DNA of 33,787 nucleotides. It comes from Peribolospora baueri. Taxonomy: Eukaryota. Under the pieces are notes generated by a model, which was given only the letters and a program-made list of their open reading frames with translations, had not been told where the DNA came from and did no database searches. This document shows, piece by piece, positions 1 through 12,386 of the stretch; position 1 is the first letter of the stretch, and every line of letters begins with the position of its first letter. The position numbers and the translations under genes were made by a program. The stretch is taken from the NCBI GenBank assembly GCA_029717555.1, contig JAMDHS010000136.1:1-33787 (forward strand). The letters run 5' to 3'.

Positions 1-384
1 TAAACCGGAGCGGGTGATCCGATGGCGGACGAGCGCTGACGATACGACCCTCGTTGTATCATTATCGTGGCAGGTCGTACTGGGATGGAGACAGCTGGGA
101 CGTGGACGAGAAGGAGTGAGAAACGGAGAGCGGGATGGACGGGGGGTCCTTGAGAAGGGCGGGTACGAGGATGTCATGTATGCGAGCTATGTCGCCGTTA
201 TCAATATGTTTGATCATCTCGTCGCAATGGAACCGCCAGAGGAAGAGGGTCGGTTCGCGGTTGGGGAAGGACGTCGGCGTCGATCGATCGGCGGACGCGC
301 CTCGGGCGGAGCTTTCTCGGCGCGTGCCCGAGACGCGGTGCGGTGCGGTCTCTTTTTCTCGTCGCGTCGCATCATCACACCATC

Positions 385-432
385 CACATCCACATCCACA
401 TCCACATCCACATCCACATCCACATCCACATC
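385..432. repeat. (CACATC)8 hexanucleotide microsatellite
   Basis: Eight exact CACATC units read directly; source of the spurious HP/TS/DV repeat ORFs. Confidence 0.95.
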
Positions 433-1143
433 GCCGTCGATGGTCCCCTAGTCTAGCCAGACGCCCTACCTCTCGTCGTCCAACACTTCCTTTCTCCTAC
501 GCCGACGGTCGAATTACGCCGTCAACCCGCCCCCGCTCGCCGAACTTCCGTGCCCACTCGCGTGCGCCAGCTTTCTTTCCATCCATCCATCCATCCTTGA
601 CGAACCCCCTTTCGTACCTTCGCCGCCTTCACCACGTCTTCACAACGCTTCCACGGGCGGCGAGCTTCGGCTCTTGTGCACGACACCAGTCCGCTCGCAC
701 TCGGAGACCAGCGGACGCTTTCCAAGCCGGTCGTGCACGAGGACTTCAAGGTGGGAAAACACGCAGATAGACAAACACCCAGATAGTGGTCTGTTCTCGG
801 ACCGTCGATCCCACCGTGTCGGCGTCGTGTACGTCGTCCGCTCATCTCCCATCCACCCCTTTCTCACCTCCAGCCGTACTCTGCCCTTCGCCAGGCTCGG
901 CCAAATCTTCATGTCTTTGCTACCCGACGCGCCTCTTCCCCCTCTACCGCTTCCTCTTCGCGTCTGTCGACCACCGCTCCTTACAACGCTCCATCGACGT
1001 CCTCCAGCACTTTGGTGAACCTCGACAAAGAACCCGAGCGTTCGCGCCGAGGTGACCTCGACGACGACGATACCGACGACAACTGTGACTGTCGACCCCC
1101 TGCTGGCCGGGCCGACTCCGCGCGCAAGACGCCCCCAACCGCG

Positions 1144-3587
1144 ATGAACGGCGTCAGCGTGGCCTCTGTCGCCGCTGCGGACGACTGGGATGAGGTCGAG
1201 TTGGACTCGCGACCTTCATCGGCGACGGCGACGGCGACGGCGCACCCTCCGTCGCCTTCGTCCAGAAGGGACCTTCTCCACCGCATCGTTCCAAAAGCCT
1301 CGTCTCGCCGTTCCTCGCCCAACGGCGATGTTCCCGGTATGATGGAGGCGCCCACCTCTCGTCCGAACGGCCACATATCAAAGTCACCATCACCATCCAG
1401 CTCTTCGTCCTCTGCGAACGGTCGCCATCTTCAACGGACGAGCCCTGGCGCCACTGTCGGCACAGCAGATGTCTACCAGAGCTCGCCGCCTCACAGCTCG
1501 CGGACGATCAAGGGTCTCCTTAGGCGGATGGAAGAGATCGGGCGGGGCGAGCTGGACAGGGAGATTGCTCGTGGACATCTTTCACGATCCCCTTCTCGCC
1601 ATCCGCATTCGCACTCCGAGCACGCCCATCACCATCACCACCATCATCACGACCACCATCGCCAAAGCCCTCGCCGACGTCGCTCGAGATCACTGTCCGT
1701 GTCCGAGTCGGAGGATGACTTTTCGCCCACCACCGCCCCCGCGACCCCGCGACGCAAAGGCTCGTTCACCCAGGAGTTTGAGCCGATCGAGACCAGCACA
1801 CCACGCGGCGCTCTGACCAACCGACCCTCCCCCTCGTCTCGATTTTCCGCCAAGGCTTCCCCGCTGCTCGGACGATCGCGTTTGAACGACCAATCCTCGT
1901 CCACTTCCACGCTGCAGCGCCGCCTGGACATGGCTCGGAGGAGCCCGCCCAGAGGTGTTTCTGCCCAGCAGGAGGGAATGGAGGAGGAGGATGACGACGA
2001 AAGGGACGGACGGCATGGTGGTAGTCTGCGCAAGGTCCGTTTTTTCAAGGAGGGCGAACTTGGCAGTGAGAGTGACCGTGGTGACAACGATGTAGACGAA
2101 AACGACCGGCCAGACGCTCCGAACGGCGCGCGATCGGCAAACAAATTGCGGCCGACTCTCGGTTCGGCTTCTCCGCGCTCTCACGACGGTTCCACCGGCT
2201 CGCCTCCTCGAAACGAACCCTCCTCGCCCATCAACTCGTCGATTACCATCCCTCAACGGACGCCCCGAAGATATCGTAGCATCACTCCAGCTCGTCGGCG
2301 CGAACGCATGCCGGGCGGCGCTTCAGTCATTCTGCAAGACTATTCAGACCTCGGCTCGCCCTTCCTCCGCGAAAAAGGAAGAGGGGTGGGAAGAGACGGT
2401 GTGGGGGACGATGACAAGAATGAAATAGGCAGCGACGACAAGGAGGTCTCTGCAGCCGGACCTAATGCAGCGGATGAGGAGAGCTTGAGCAGGGCGATTC
2501 CCAGAGGGCAGCAGGATTTGGCCGACCTGGTCGCCGAAATGACCGCCGAAGCAGGCGATGACTCATTGCAAATATCGCTCAAGCAACTCGCCGAGCTACT
2601 CTCTTACAAGTCTGCTTCGTCGCCACAAGCAGCCTCCGCCCAGGGCGCGGACGCGGACAGTCTATCCAGAGCGTTGGCGGCTCAACGTGCCCGCTCGGCC
2701 ACATCGCAGTCGGAGCTCCTGGGCGCCATCACGGAGCTCAAGGCGCGTGAAGGCGCTGATAATGGCTCCGTCTCGCAGCTGACGAAGCTGGAGCAGAAAG
2801 CGAAACAAGAGGAAGAGCAGCATCGAAGGTTGGGAGATAGCGTGGAAGAGCTGAGGAGGAGGGTTGATGGGCTGATGGGCGGCGTCGGGGACAGAGTGAG
2901 CTCGCGATGCCTTTGCGCCATTGGCCTCGATTCCGGGACTGACCACCTCGTCTGCCCTGGTTCGTTTGCATGATTTTAGCTCTCGATCCTCGTCGAGGAG
3001 GGCATCAAGCACCAAGAGCGGCGCACGCGCACCTGGATGGTGCTCGTGGTGTGCTTCGAGCTCTTGCTGGTTTACTTGATGTTCATGTGGGTATGGTCGC
3101 TTCGCAAGACAAGCTGTGCTACAAGCGTTCGCTCACGCCTCTTCCTAATCCCTTTCCTCGTTCCTTCCGCTCCCATCTTAGGTTCGCCAACTCTCGCGCA
3201 AACGCCCTCTTTCAGTCCGTCTACTTCGATCCGTTCAACCCCCTCCACTCGCTGCCGGGCAGGTTTCCCACTTCGTCCTTATTCCCCGTCTCCTACGATG
3301 ACATCGGCTACAGCGGCCGTTCCCATCGCTCCCACAGCGTGCTCGCCGCCCTTACCCGTTGGCTACCTTCCTCGGCCCGACTCGCGTCTCGTACTTACGT
3401 CACTGAGGCGGCAGGGAACAGCGGACGCGGCGCCCGTGTCGTCTCCGCTGCTGTCCTGCTCCTGCGCCAATCCGCGGATGCCCTAGTGGATTGGTTCGCA
3501 CGGCTCGGCCTCGACGATGACTTCGGCCACGGCACCGGTTCGGGGACGCCGTGGAGTGACGTCGGCCGCGTCACCATACCTACCTAA
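1144..3587 (+). CDS. Hypothetical protein: long Ser/Arg-rich disordered region, His tract, coiled coil, hydrophobic helix and a YFDPF motif. The 5' end is uncertain and may extend upstream through further exons.
   Basis: Long ORF to 2895, then intron 2896-2979 (GTGAGC..TAG), exon 2980-3086 (LSILVEEGIKHQERRTRTWMVLVVCFELLLVYLMFM), intron 3087-3181 (GTGGGT..TAG) and last exon FANSRANALFQSVYFDPFNPLH..VTIPT* ending 3587. The frame stays open upstream of ATG 1144 past a CAG at 873. Confidence 0.7.
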
Positions 3588-3847
3588 TCCATCCTTGCCC
3601 CGTCTGACAGAACTCGCATAGTATTCGCTTGTTTGCTCGCTCGGCGGTTTGCCTCCGCCCCTGCCTCCTGCTTGTCTCGGCCCTTTTCAGCTTGGCTGCG
3701 TGTGATAGATATACCCTTGCTCGTCCGCACTTGATACTTTTCCGTATGCCTCCATGCTCGGAATTCACCACCGCCTTGCAACCTCTCTCCCACAGCATCG
3801 TTGATCGTTTCGTCTTGCGTTCGGCTCGGGTCGCCTCGCTTCCTAGA

Positions 3848-6800
3848 TCAATCGATGCAGCCGTCCTCGTCCAAGGTAGCCTCGTCGTCCAACCGTTCCT
3901 CCGCACGCCTTCCACCTCCAGCTCCTTGCTGTTGCCTGTATATCTTCGCCAGGTCCTCCGGCGTGCTTGCGTCCTCCATGCCCTTGTCCTCTCGAAGGCG
4001 GATGAACCGCGGAAAGCGCATGCTCAGTCCCCTCTCCTGGCTCACGTGGCCCAGGGCGGCCGTGTAAGCGGGTGAGACGGTGATGTCGGCGCCTCGGATC
4101 TCCCACACTTCTCGAGGCTCGAACCACACGTCCGGAAGGAGATTCCCCGTTTCGTATAGGTGCGGCGGAGGCGCTCCTCGCGCTCGATAGCACTGGGGCG
4201 TGCCTTCGGGGAAGCGCTCGTTGAGCGATTTGTAGAAGGCGTCGGTGAAGCCTGCAAAGAGAGAGGGAGGAAAGGGGAGTGAGCACGATGGGCGGGGTGA
4301 AGACGATGGCGAAACTGCTCCACGCGCGAGCTTACCGCTGATGCACTTGCAGACGGCCTATGACATGTTTCATGTGAACGACAGCGACAGGCGATGAGTA
4401 TGCCGATGCCTGGAGCAGGTCTCGTTCGACCACCTCTCTTCGCGAACGTGCTTTTAGCTCACCTGATACGCGCCACTCTCCTTGTCGTACACGGCAAGGA
4501 GGATCGGGCTCCACCACGTCGCCTTTCTGCCCATCCCGTGCCAGGCGCCGATGGGCACAAGATCCAACGAGTCGCCCAAACCATCGACATAGTCCTTCTT
4601 GACCTGCCCGCGCGAGGAAAAAAAGTCTCGTTAGGAACAAAATGGTCCGAGTTACGACGTCGCCTGTCGAGTTCACGATGACAACTCGCCTTGAGCCAGG
4701 ATTCAACGCGCTTGTCTGCATCCAGGCGTTGAAGGTGGTCTTTAGCATACCAGCGAGCATGGAATATCCCTTGCCGTGTCGCCCAAGCAAGCCAGACGTT
4801 CTCTTACCAGGCTCGTACGTGGACAGCAAAGCCTTTCCCCTGCTGCCGTTGACACCCTTCCCATCCCTCAAGTCAACATCGCCCGCATCCTGAACACTCG
4901 AGACTGCTTCGCCATCCATTTTCTGTGTCATCGTCGTCCCGGTCTGCTCGTCTTCTTCTTCTTGTTGTCCGTTTCCCTCCTCTTCCTTCTCATCTGTGTC
5001 GACCCAACGGTGGTCCAAGACCTTCACCATGATGCCCTCACACTTGGCCTTTTGCGCTTCCTCGAAGAAAGCGGCCACTTCGTCTGGGTCGGTCGACTCG
5101 AGGGAGCGAACGTGAGCGAAGCGGGCTAGTAGGGGCGATGAGGGGGCGAGGGGAGGCAAGCGGGTGTGAAGCAAAGACCTTCGATGACGGAACGGCAGTT
5201 TGAGGAGCGACTAAAACGGCACGAGGGTCGATAATGATCAGCGCGATACGTCGAATTGTTGAGACCCTCAACCGACCCAGTCGCTCTAAAGAGCCACGTC
5301 GACCATCGCTCACCTGTCCGTTCAAGTACATGAGGTCAAAGGCAAAAATGCCTACTTTGACTTTTACATCTTGGAGGGAGACGTCCTTTCTACTCCGGTT
5401 CGCCAATGTTTGGAAGGGCAGGAGCTCCCCAGACGGGGAGATGGCCACCACTTCCGAATCTAAAATGAACGATGTCACTGGCTCGTGACATTCCTCTCCT
5501 TCATGCCGCAACGCGAGATAGGGCGCGGAAACGTCCATCGATGTGGCTGGGCTGGGCAAACCAGAAGCGCCGATATCTTGTGCCGCTGCATTCGCAGCTT
5601 CGGACTCGGATTCAAGGCCCAAAAGAAGCGGCATGAGGTCGACAATGTCCGGGTACTTGTCCGTCATACCCTGCACGCGACAAGAACGCATGTCAACCCT
5701 TCTTGCGACGAACGAGGTCCTTTCAACTCGATACTCGCTCACCTCCAAATGCCTACTGAACAGTCTCACAAATACCTCCCCATCGCGCCCTACCCAACGG
5801 CCCCGATCCTTCCCCTTGGACCCTTCCCGCGAGATACCGAGGCCGCTCGCCTTAAGCCTCCGCCGCTTCTCCGGATCCCGCTCGACTAGCACGTGTACTT
5901 GCGCACGTTGGCCATCGTATTTGAACTCGGAGCAGAAGGCTCGAGAACCGAGCTTGGCGTGCATGGACGGTAGAGAGCGTGTGATGGAGCCCAGCATGGG
6001 CGAAATAGGGACTCCTTCGGAATTGACCAAAGACGTGAGTGGTTTCAGTCAACACTGGAGCAAGATTGCTTCTCCGCAGTTCAGCTGAACGACGATCATC
6101 GACACTAACCGATACTTAGCTGTACTTTTTTTTCAAGACCCTCGAGACCTACGTCGAGCAGTGCAGGAACGATATCGCTGAAGTTTGGGTGCTGCGCATA
6201 GACCTCTCTGACAGCGACCGAGAAAGACATTCGCGCGTCAGACCATATGCGCTCCCTCCAAAACGAAAACGGTGCTTAGAGACAGTCCTTCGAACTCTTT
6301 ATCAGAGTAGATGACCCACCGAACGAGCTTCTCCGCCCTAGCCAGTTTTTCCATGACAGCCAGTCTCCTGGGTTCGTTCCTCTCCTTCGGCTTGGGAGCT
6401 GAGGCACTGATGCCCACGCGCTCCGAGCGAGAAATGTAATACTTGCTTGTCTCGGCTTTGGTCTTTTCCCGCGCCTGAGCTTTGCCTTGCGGTGAGAACC
6501 GCGTCGACGTGCAGCTGTCCAGCTCCGACTCCCAAGAACCAGCGGTAGCTGGAACGTCACCATCCTCTCCACCCTTCATCGCGAATGCCCTAGCAAGCGC
6601 GGTACCGATGCTAGTCTTGACAGCTCCAATCCTCAAATTCGCACAGAACGTGCGCACGAGGAAGCGCACCTCCTCCCCGCGCGCGGAGACCATGAGCTTT
6701 TGAACCAGGTTAAACTTCTGATTCTGGCTTCCCTGTCCGGAAAGAGCGGAGATCTGGTGTAGAGTGGAGAAAAGCCTTTGTACGGTAATTGGAGAGGGCG

Positions 6801-7959
6801 TGATGAGTGGGCGGGAATTCGAGCGTGCGTGGTAGGCTACATCGCCAGGGTCTCCGTATTTGTCCTTGTCGCCAGCGAATATGTTGCCAAGGACAAGATC
6901 TGTCAAAACTCATCAACAGTAAAGTTCAAGGCATTAGATACGCGCTATGCTCACCCAGAGGGCCTTGAGACCATCTCTTTTTGCTCCACTAGTCTCCAAA
7001 ATCGCTCTGTTGATGATACTGCCTCCGAGGCCAAGCTCGACGCCTTCATAAGCTGGCGCAATGTGATTGCTTATGAGATACACCGAGGGCAAGAGGCTGT
7101 CAGGGTCATGTTGAGCGATAACTCGCAAGAGATTGGTGAGAATGGTGGTGATAAGGAGCCGGGAGCGAGTGCCCGTGATGGCAACGAAGGCCGCCGTTAG
7201 CAAAGCATACGGGGCCGTCGGCTTCTGCTTCATATAATTTTCCGACGTTGATGGTTCCGTAGTGCCAATAGTTGCGATAGTCGGCCAGTTGCCCGTGTCC
7301 ACTTGCGCTGGGTCGAAACTAAGGATGTCGGTGCTCAGAGCGATAGATTCGATGGAGGCGTCCATGGCGGCTGGATCAAATTGGACTCTGTGAGAGTGGA
7401 ACTGAGACGCCCCATTGGATTGCAGATGTTGTTGTACATTATCTTGTTTGGTTGAAGGTTCACGTCTCGTTATCCATCGACGATCAAATAGGGGATAGAG
7501 ATGTGGAGACGGCTGTGACCTCGGCGGTGTTCGTGGACCAAGCGGCCCTCCGGCGTCGTCAGACATATCTTGCGATTCCATAGCTAGTCTCCTCGCCATG
7601 GCCTCATCAAGTCTGCTCGTTTCTTCCGCTCTTCGCAGTTCTTCCATGTCGACGCCTTCGCTCCTTGCTAGCTGCCTTGCGAAGAGCTCGTCGCGCTCCT
7701 CTTGTGTCAGCTCGTCTTCGGCCGTTGCGCCCTGGCCACGTCGAACGTTGCCAGAGAGATTAAACGACCTGAGGCTCTCCTCCTGTGTCGGCAGAACATC
7801 AGCAATGCTGACGTCTTGTGCAGCCTTGGCTGGTGTCTTGCCTTTTGGCGACTTAAAGAAAGCCTCGAGAGAGCGTTGACCGTTCGCGTTGGCTGCTTGC
7901 TTCTTGGCCTTCTTCCTGGGTGTCGTCGGAGAGGAAGAAAGACGCTTCTCGGGTGCCAT
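3848..7959 (-). CDS. adl1: ATP-dependent DNA ligase, Lig1-family paralogue (S. pombe Adl1-like), 10 exons
   Basis: Motif I EFKYDGQRAQVH, III FILDSEVVA, IIIa FAFDLMYLNG, IV CEGIMVK, V WLK|VKKDY and VI SMRFPRFIRLREDK; DNA-binding domain ELGLGGSII/GDPGDVA; GAWHGMGRKATWWSPILLA resembles the Adl1 type rather than Cdc9. Introns at 6865-6954, 6208-6319, 6015-6109, 5671-5742, 5211-5313, 4716-4807, 4604-4689, 4358-4462 and 4252-4335 restore a continuous frame. The ligase call is firm; the paralogue assignment is less so. Confidence 0.9.
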
Positions 7960-8175
7960 GGCGTCCAACGGCGTTATGACTTGCTGCAAAACGTCGGTGT
8001 ATGGTCAGCGTAGGAGAGAAACGAAGCAGGTTGTGGACATACGTTCGTTTGTGGCCGTGATCGTGTTCACCCGATTACGTCAGACCACGTGGCGCCGATC
8101 TCAAAATGACGCCTGGACGGTGCACTGCACCTTTTGCCTTTGCCCTTCGCCACCATTCGCGCATTCCTTCACTAC
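7960..8175. promoter_or_regulatory. Putative bidirectional promoter between the ligase and LRR genes
   Basis: Only 216 bp separate the divergent ATGs (7959 on -, 8176 on +); contains CACGTG at about 8086. Confidence 0.5.
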
Positions 8176-10889
8176 ATGCCTCCCAAGGTGGAGACACGCC
8201 GTGTTAAGGCCTCGTTTAGGTACTCTGATGTCAGTGCGACCTCGGCGTCAGGAAACGGTTCTAGGAGAGGCAGCCGACGAAGTCGTCGTGTGGAGAGCTT
8301 GGGAAGAGACGTGAAAGCTTTCGACCTCGAAGACGAACTTGCGAATTCGTGAGTGAATCATCTGAAGCCCCAGAAGCTAGCAGTTGAGGCGGCCTGAATT
8401 TACGGTTTTGTTGACCTTTTGCAGGTACGATCCAAGCGCTGCCATTAATGTCTCTACCCGCTCTACGAAACGCTCTGTCCAACATTTGACGACGATCGCC
8501 ATGCAGATTGTCGCCCGAAATTTCTCCCGACTTCTTTCAGAAGCGGTGGACGACAACCAAAATGAAGCGGACAGCCACCAGGATTCCAAGGGAAAGCGCA
8601 AAGAGATTCCTTTGGGGGCTCAAGCGACGGCAGCTTTTAACCGTTCGCTACAGCCCTCCCTATCTCGCATGTTGGCTCTCCACCAAAGAGACCTTGTCCG
8701 CTCTCTCCCTGACCAGTTGAGCATGAGGCTTTTCGATAACCTTCTTCAGCAATCTCCAGGGGTTCTGGGGCACACCGCCCTTATACATTTCTTTTACGAC
8801 TCGTCCCGGCCGACCGTCCGCCTGACTGGGAGTCTTCCATTGCGGGCGCCCATCCAAACCTTGCGCACTGCTGTGGGTGGCTTGGGAGGCAAGAATATGA
8901 GCTTGAGGAGGCTGGATTTGAGCGGAATGGTCAAAATTGGGGATACGGCTCTGGCCTCACTTATTCGCCATCTTCCCAATCTGCAAGAAGTTACTATCCG
9001 AGGGTGTGCTCGTGTCGGCGACGAGTCCGTGATCGCCTTGGCGCGAACAGTGGGTGCAGGATTGCGCATCTTAAACGCAAATTTGACGAGCACTACTTGG
9101 AAGGGGCTCTCTGAGGTTGTCGGCCGCTGCGAGAACTTGGAGGTTCTCAAGGTCGCTAATGTTCGCAGCTTGGTGAGTTTTGCGTGCAGTTTTTATCCTT
9201 TGCATAATTTATGTTTGACGGGTTTCCATTTGCATCACATTTATAGACGGATAAGGTCATTTGGGAAATGGTGACGCGGGCTCTTCAGGTGTCGTCCTCG
9301 AGCCATTCGGGCTCCTCCCGCTCTTTCATACCCCTTTCCAATCTTCGCTCCCTCAAACTTCGCCACACCGAGATCGGTGCGAGCGGTCTTGGACGCTTAC
9401 TGGAGCTGTGCGGTCCAACAGGCAAACTCGAAAAACTTGATATCGGAAATACTCAAGTGGGACCGGAAGGTTTGGAGGTTCTTGGAATTGGCCTGGGCAT
9501 GTGGCGCGACGGGCTTCCTTCTGCCTTGACAACGGCGACAGACGCGGAAGGACGGCCGCGCAAGAAGGCAAAGGGCTTGAAGTCATCTGCTCGCATGCCG
9601 CAGTTCCCTTCCTCCGTAGCCACGAACAAGCCCCCTCCGTACACAAAGATCGTCAAGCTTTCGTTGGCGGGTTTGCCCCTCTCCAAGGCTTCATTCGGAG
9701 CGTTTCTGAAAACACTTTGCGAGCCTTGGCATCCGCCATCGAATTCGGAAGGAGATCAAGCGCCTACGAATGTTCCTCCGCCTAGACCTGCTTCATTGAA
9801 AATCTTGGACCTCAGCAGGACCGTGGACGCTCGAATTGCAGCTCAGGCGCACTCGACCCCAGGTCTGCTGACTGTTCGCTCAGTGGGGCCGTCGGGCTGG
9901 GCAGGCCCTTCGATCGACAACGAGTTCCTCGAGGCCACGGTGACACCCGCATTGAGCCGACTCCTCGAAAGCCAGTGGAAGTATCTACGGCATTCTCGCC
10001 ATCACCAGAGAGGCTCCTCGAGCGAGGAGCATATTGATTTTGGGCTCAAACGACTGAGCTTTAGAGGCGATGTGTCTCTTTGCGACTATAGCTATGGAAA
10101 AGAGTTTCCGTTCAGGGACTTCTTAGGCAGAGTTGGTCGATACTGCGAGGTGGGTTTCCGAAGTTCAAAGAGAAGGGATAAATTTACTGCGTTTCCTGAA
10201 TTATCTTCTTCCCGTTTTCAGATCCTCGACCTCACAGGCGTGTGGTTACACGCTGCTAGTTTCGAAAGATTTTGTTGGGATCCAGTTGGAAAAGACCCAT
10301 TTCCGGGGTCGCCTTTGTCATCACCTCCTCCGGAAGGAGGTGAGCGGGCTGTGCACTTCAGAGAGGAGCATCTCGGAGAGTCGGAACAGACGTATCAAGA
10401 CATGGAAGACGTGATGCTCCAAGAGCCGCTCATCAGGCCAATCACCCAGACCCTCCTCCTAGACGACACGTCAGTTGGCGATGACGCTCTCAAGCTCTCC
10501 CCTTGTCGCGAACTCAGGGTCCTTAGCTTGGCCAGGACCAAAGTGACAGGTCAGTGTCCGCTTCAGCATCCTTGCGCGACGGCAGACGAAGGACCTTTCC
10601 AGCCGGATCCCCACCAGCGCTGATCCTCACCCTTCCTCGCACAATGTCCACTCAGACGAAAGCATCTTTAACTTGTTGGACGTGTGCCCCAACCTTCATA
10701 CTATCGATCTCACCAGTTGTAGGGGTATTCCTGTGGCGGACCGTCGAAACATCTTTCAGGTGAGGGAAGGGGAGTCTTATGTGAGGCGCTTCTCTTCACC
10801 CTATGTCCATGGCTTTCTGATCACTGTCCTTGACATTGCCGCAGGCTTGGGAACGACGAAAGGAGTCTCTTCAAACGCGGAGGCCATAG
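8176..10889 (+). CDS. RNI-like leucine-rich repeat protein (AMN1/Rad7-like LRRs), 6 exons
   Basis: Cys-containing LRRs LRRLDLSGMVKIGD, LQEVTIRGCARVGD, LRSLKLRHTEIG and CPNLHTIDLTSCRGI. Introns at 8349-8424, 9173-9246, 10150-10221, 10550-10655 and 10760-10844; ends AWERRKESLQTRRP* at 10889. Confidence 0.8.
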
Positions 10890-11183
10890 CGTGGGGACCG
10901 CAGCGTTGACAGCAAAGGGTCGTCCTAAGCAGTGGAAGGACCACGAACAGGTTTTCCAAACTGCTACCTGCTCTCACTGCCTTTTCTTCCTTTCCGTGTC
11001 TTGAACATCGGCAGCGCTGTCAATTCCGTAGCTGTACAGTATTACAGCTTTCCCTGTACCTGGCACTTCTTCCTCTCCGACCACGGACATGACTTGGCTG
11101 CACCACCTAGGCGCTGTTCTATACTTGTGTTACATGACCATCCCACCCTCAGGATCCGCCACACCGAGACTGCTCTCACGCCC

Positions 11184-12182
11184 CTACGCCCTCACAAACG
11201 GGATCCTGAACCCGCTCAGGAGTAACCGAGCCTTCTCCTGCGCTCCCTTCCCGCGGACGTTGGTCTTGAAATCCATCTGCATGCCGTAGCCTCGCGGATA
11301 CGAGTCGAAATTGACCTCAATTTGAGGCCAGAGCGCCATGGCCTGCGGAGGGAGGCCGAAGCTGACGACGCCAGAGGTAGCCGAGGCCGACTTGGGAGAG
11401 GCCGAAGAGGGAGGAAGGGGGACGCCGGTGAAGGAGCGGAAACGAGGGAGGACGAACTCGACGAGAGTCATGAGGAACGTGTGCGCCTCGGCGCCCTTGA
11501 GTTCGACTTTGAGGCCCACTGGCATGCCCTTTCGGACCTTCCAGACCGCCACTCCGCTCTTCGCTCGAACAATTTGGATGCCTTCTTCTGACGCCGCCGA
11601 GGCAGACCCTAGGCCGGAGGAGGCCGGATCAATCAAAAATTCCCCGTCCTTGCCCACCACAGTCTCGAAATCAGCGTCCTTGCCGGTGATGGCGCGGAGG
11701 GCCATGATGGCGGGCAACAGCTGCTGCTTGGTCCCAATCGCCTCACGCACGTACGTGTGTACCGTTACGCTCTCCAAGCGCACCACATTGTCCGGGTCCG
11801 TGGGGGTGGAAGCCGGGATGAGCGATCGGTTGCCACGCGGGGGTCGCGCCGGGCGGTTAGATGAGTACGGAGACGAGGGGTCCCATGACGGAAGTCGCGC
11901 CTTTGGGTCCTCATGTGCACGGGAGAGGGTAGAGGAAGAGTCGGTTCGGTGATCGTAGGTGAGGTACATGAGGTCCTCGGCCAATGTCGCCTCCCAGTGC
12001 TCCTGTAACCGATTCAACTGCGTCGGACCGAGCTGAAGGGGGGCCGAGACTTTTCGGAACGAGGGAGAGGTGGAGGAGAAGCATCTCCGCGGCGTCGCCG
12101 TCGCTAGAGGAACTCGTGGGGGCACGAGAGCACACCGCGACGAGGATGCGCACGCCGAAAAGGCACTGCGAGCAGCCGCCAT
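11184..12182 (-). CDS. MRPL7: Mitochondrial ribosomal protein uL5m
   Basis: Intronless 332 aa from MAAARSAFS (Arg/Ser-rich presequence); LAEDLMYLTYDH, WKVRKGMPVGLKVEL, FLMTLVEFVLPR, WPQIEVNFDSYP and ARLLLSGFRIPF are typical of fungal uL5m. Confidence 0.92.
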   Translation of the reverse strand: MAAARSAFSACASSSRCALVPPRVPLATATPRRCFSSTSPSFRKVSAPLQLGPTQLNRLQEHWEATLAEDLMYLTYDHRTDSSSTLSRAHEDPKARLPSWDPSSPYSSNRPARPPRGNRSLIPASTPTDPDNVVRLESVTVHTYVREAIGTKQQLLPAIMALRAITGKDADFETVVGKDGEFLIDPASSGLGSASAASEEGIQIVRAKSGVAVWKVRKGMPVGLKVELKGAEAHTFLMTLVEFVLPRFRSFTGVPLPPSSASPKSASATSGVVSFGLPPQAMALWPQIEVNFDSYPRGYGMQMDFKTNVRGKGAQEKARLLLSGFRIPFVRA

Positions 12183-12386
12183 GGTGAAGATGTGGGAGGA
12201 GTGGCAGCTGTTGACTTGCTTCTGGGTAAGATCAAGCCTTGTAGATGAAAGAAGGTCGCGTGGTGAGGATTGCCGCAGGAATTCACCTTCCCACGTCGAG
12301 GTTAGGGTTGGCAAGATTACGTAAGTGCACTGCTCAACTACGTGTTCCGTCTGAATACAACTAACTACACTGGGCGCCAACACAGA

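Noticed and set aside
14..770. ORFs with HPHPHP, TSTSTS or DVDVDV runs
   Set aside because: Translations of the (CACATC)8 microsatellite; no domain signal.
3848..10889. Ligase and LRR genes as fragmented pseudogenes
   Set aside because: Every ORF break is explained by an intron with plausible splice signals, and the catalytic motifs are intact.
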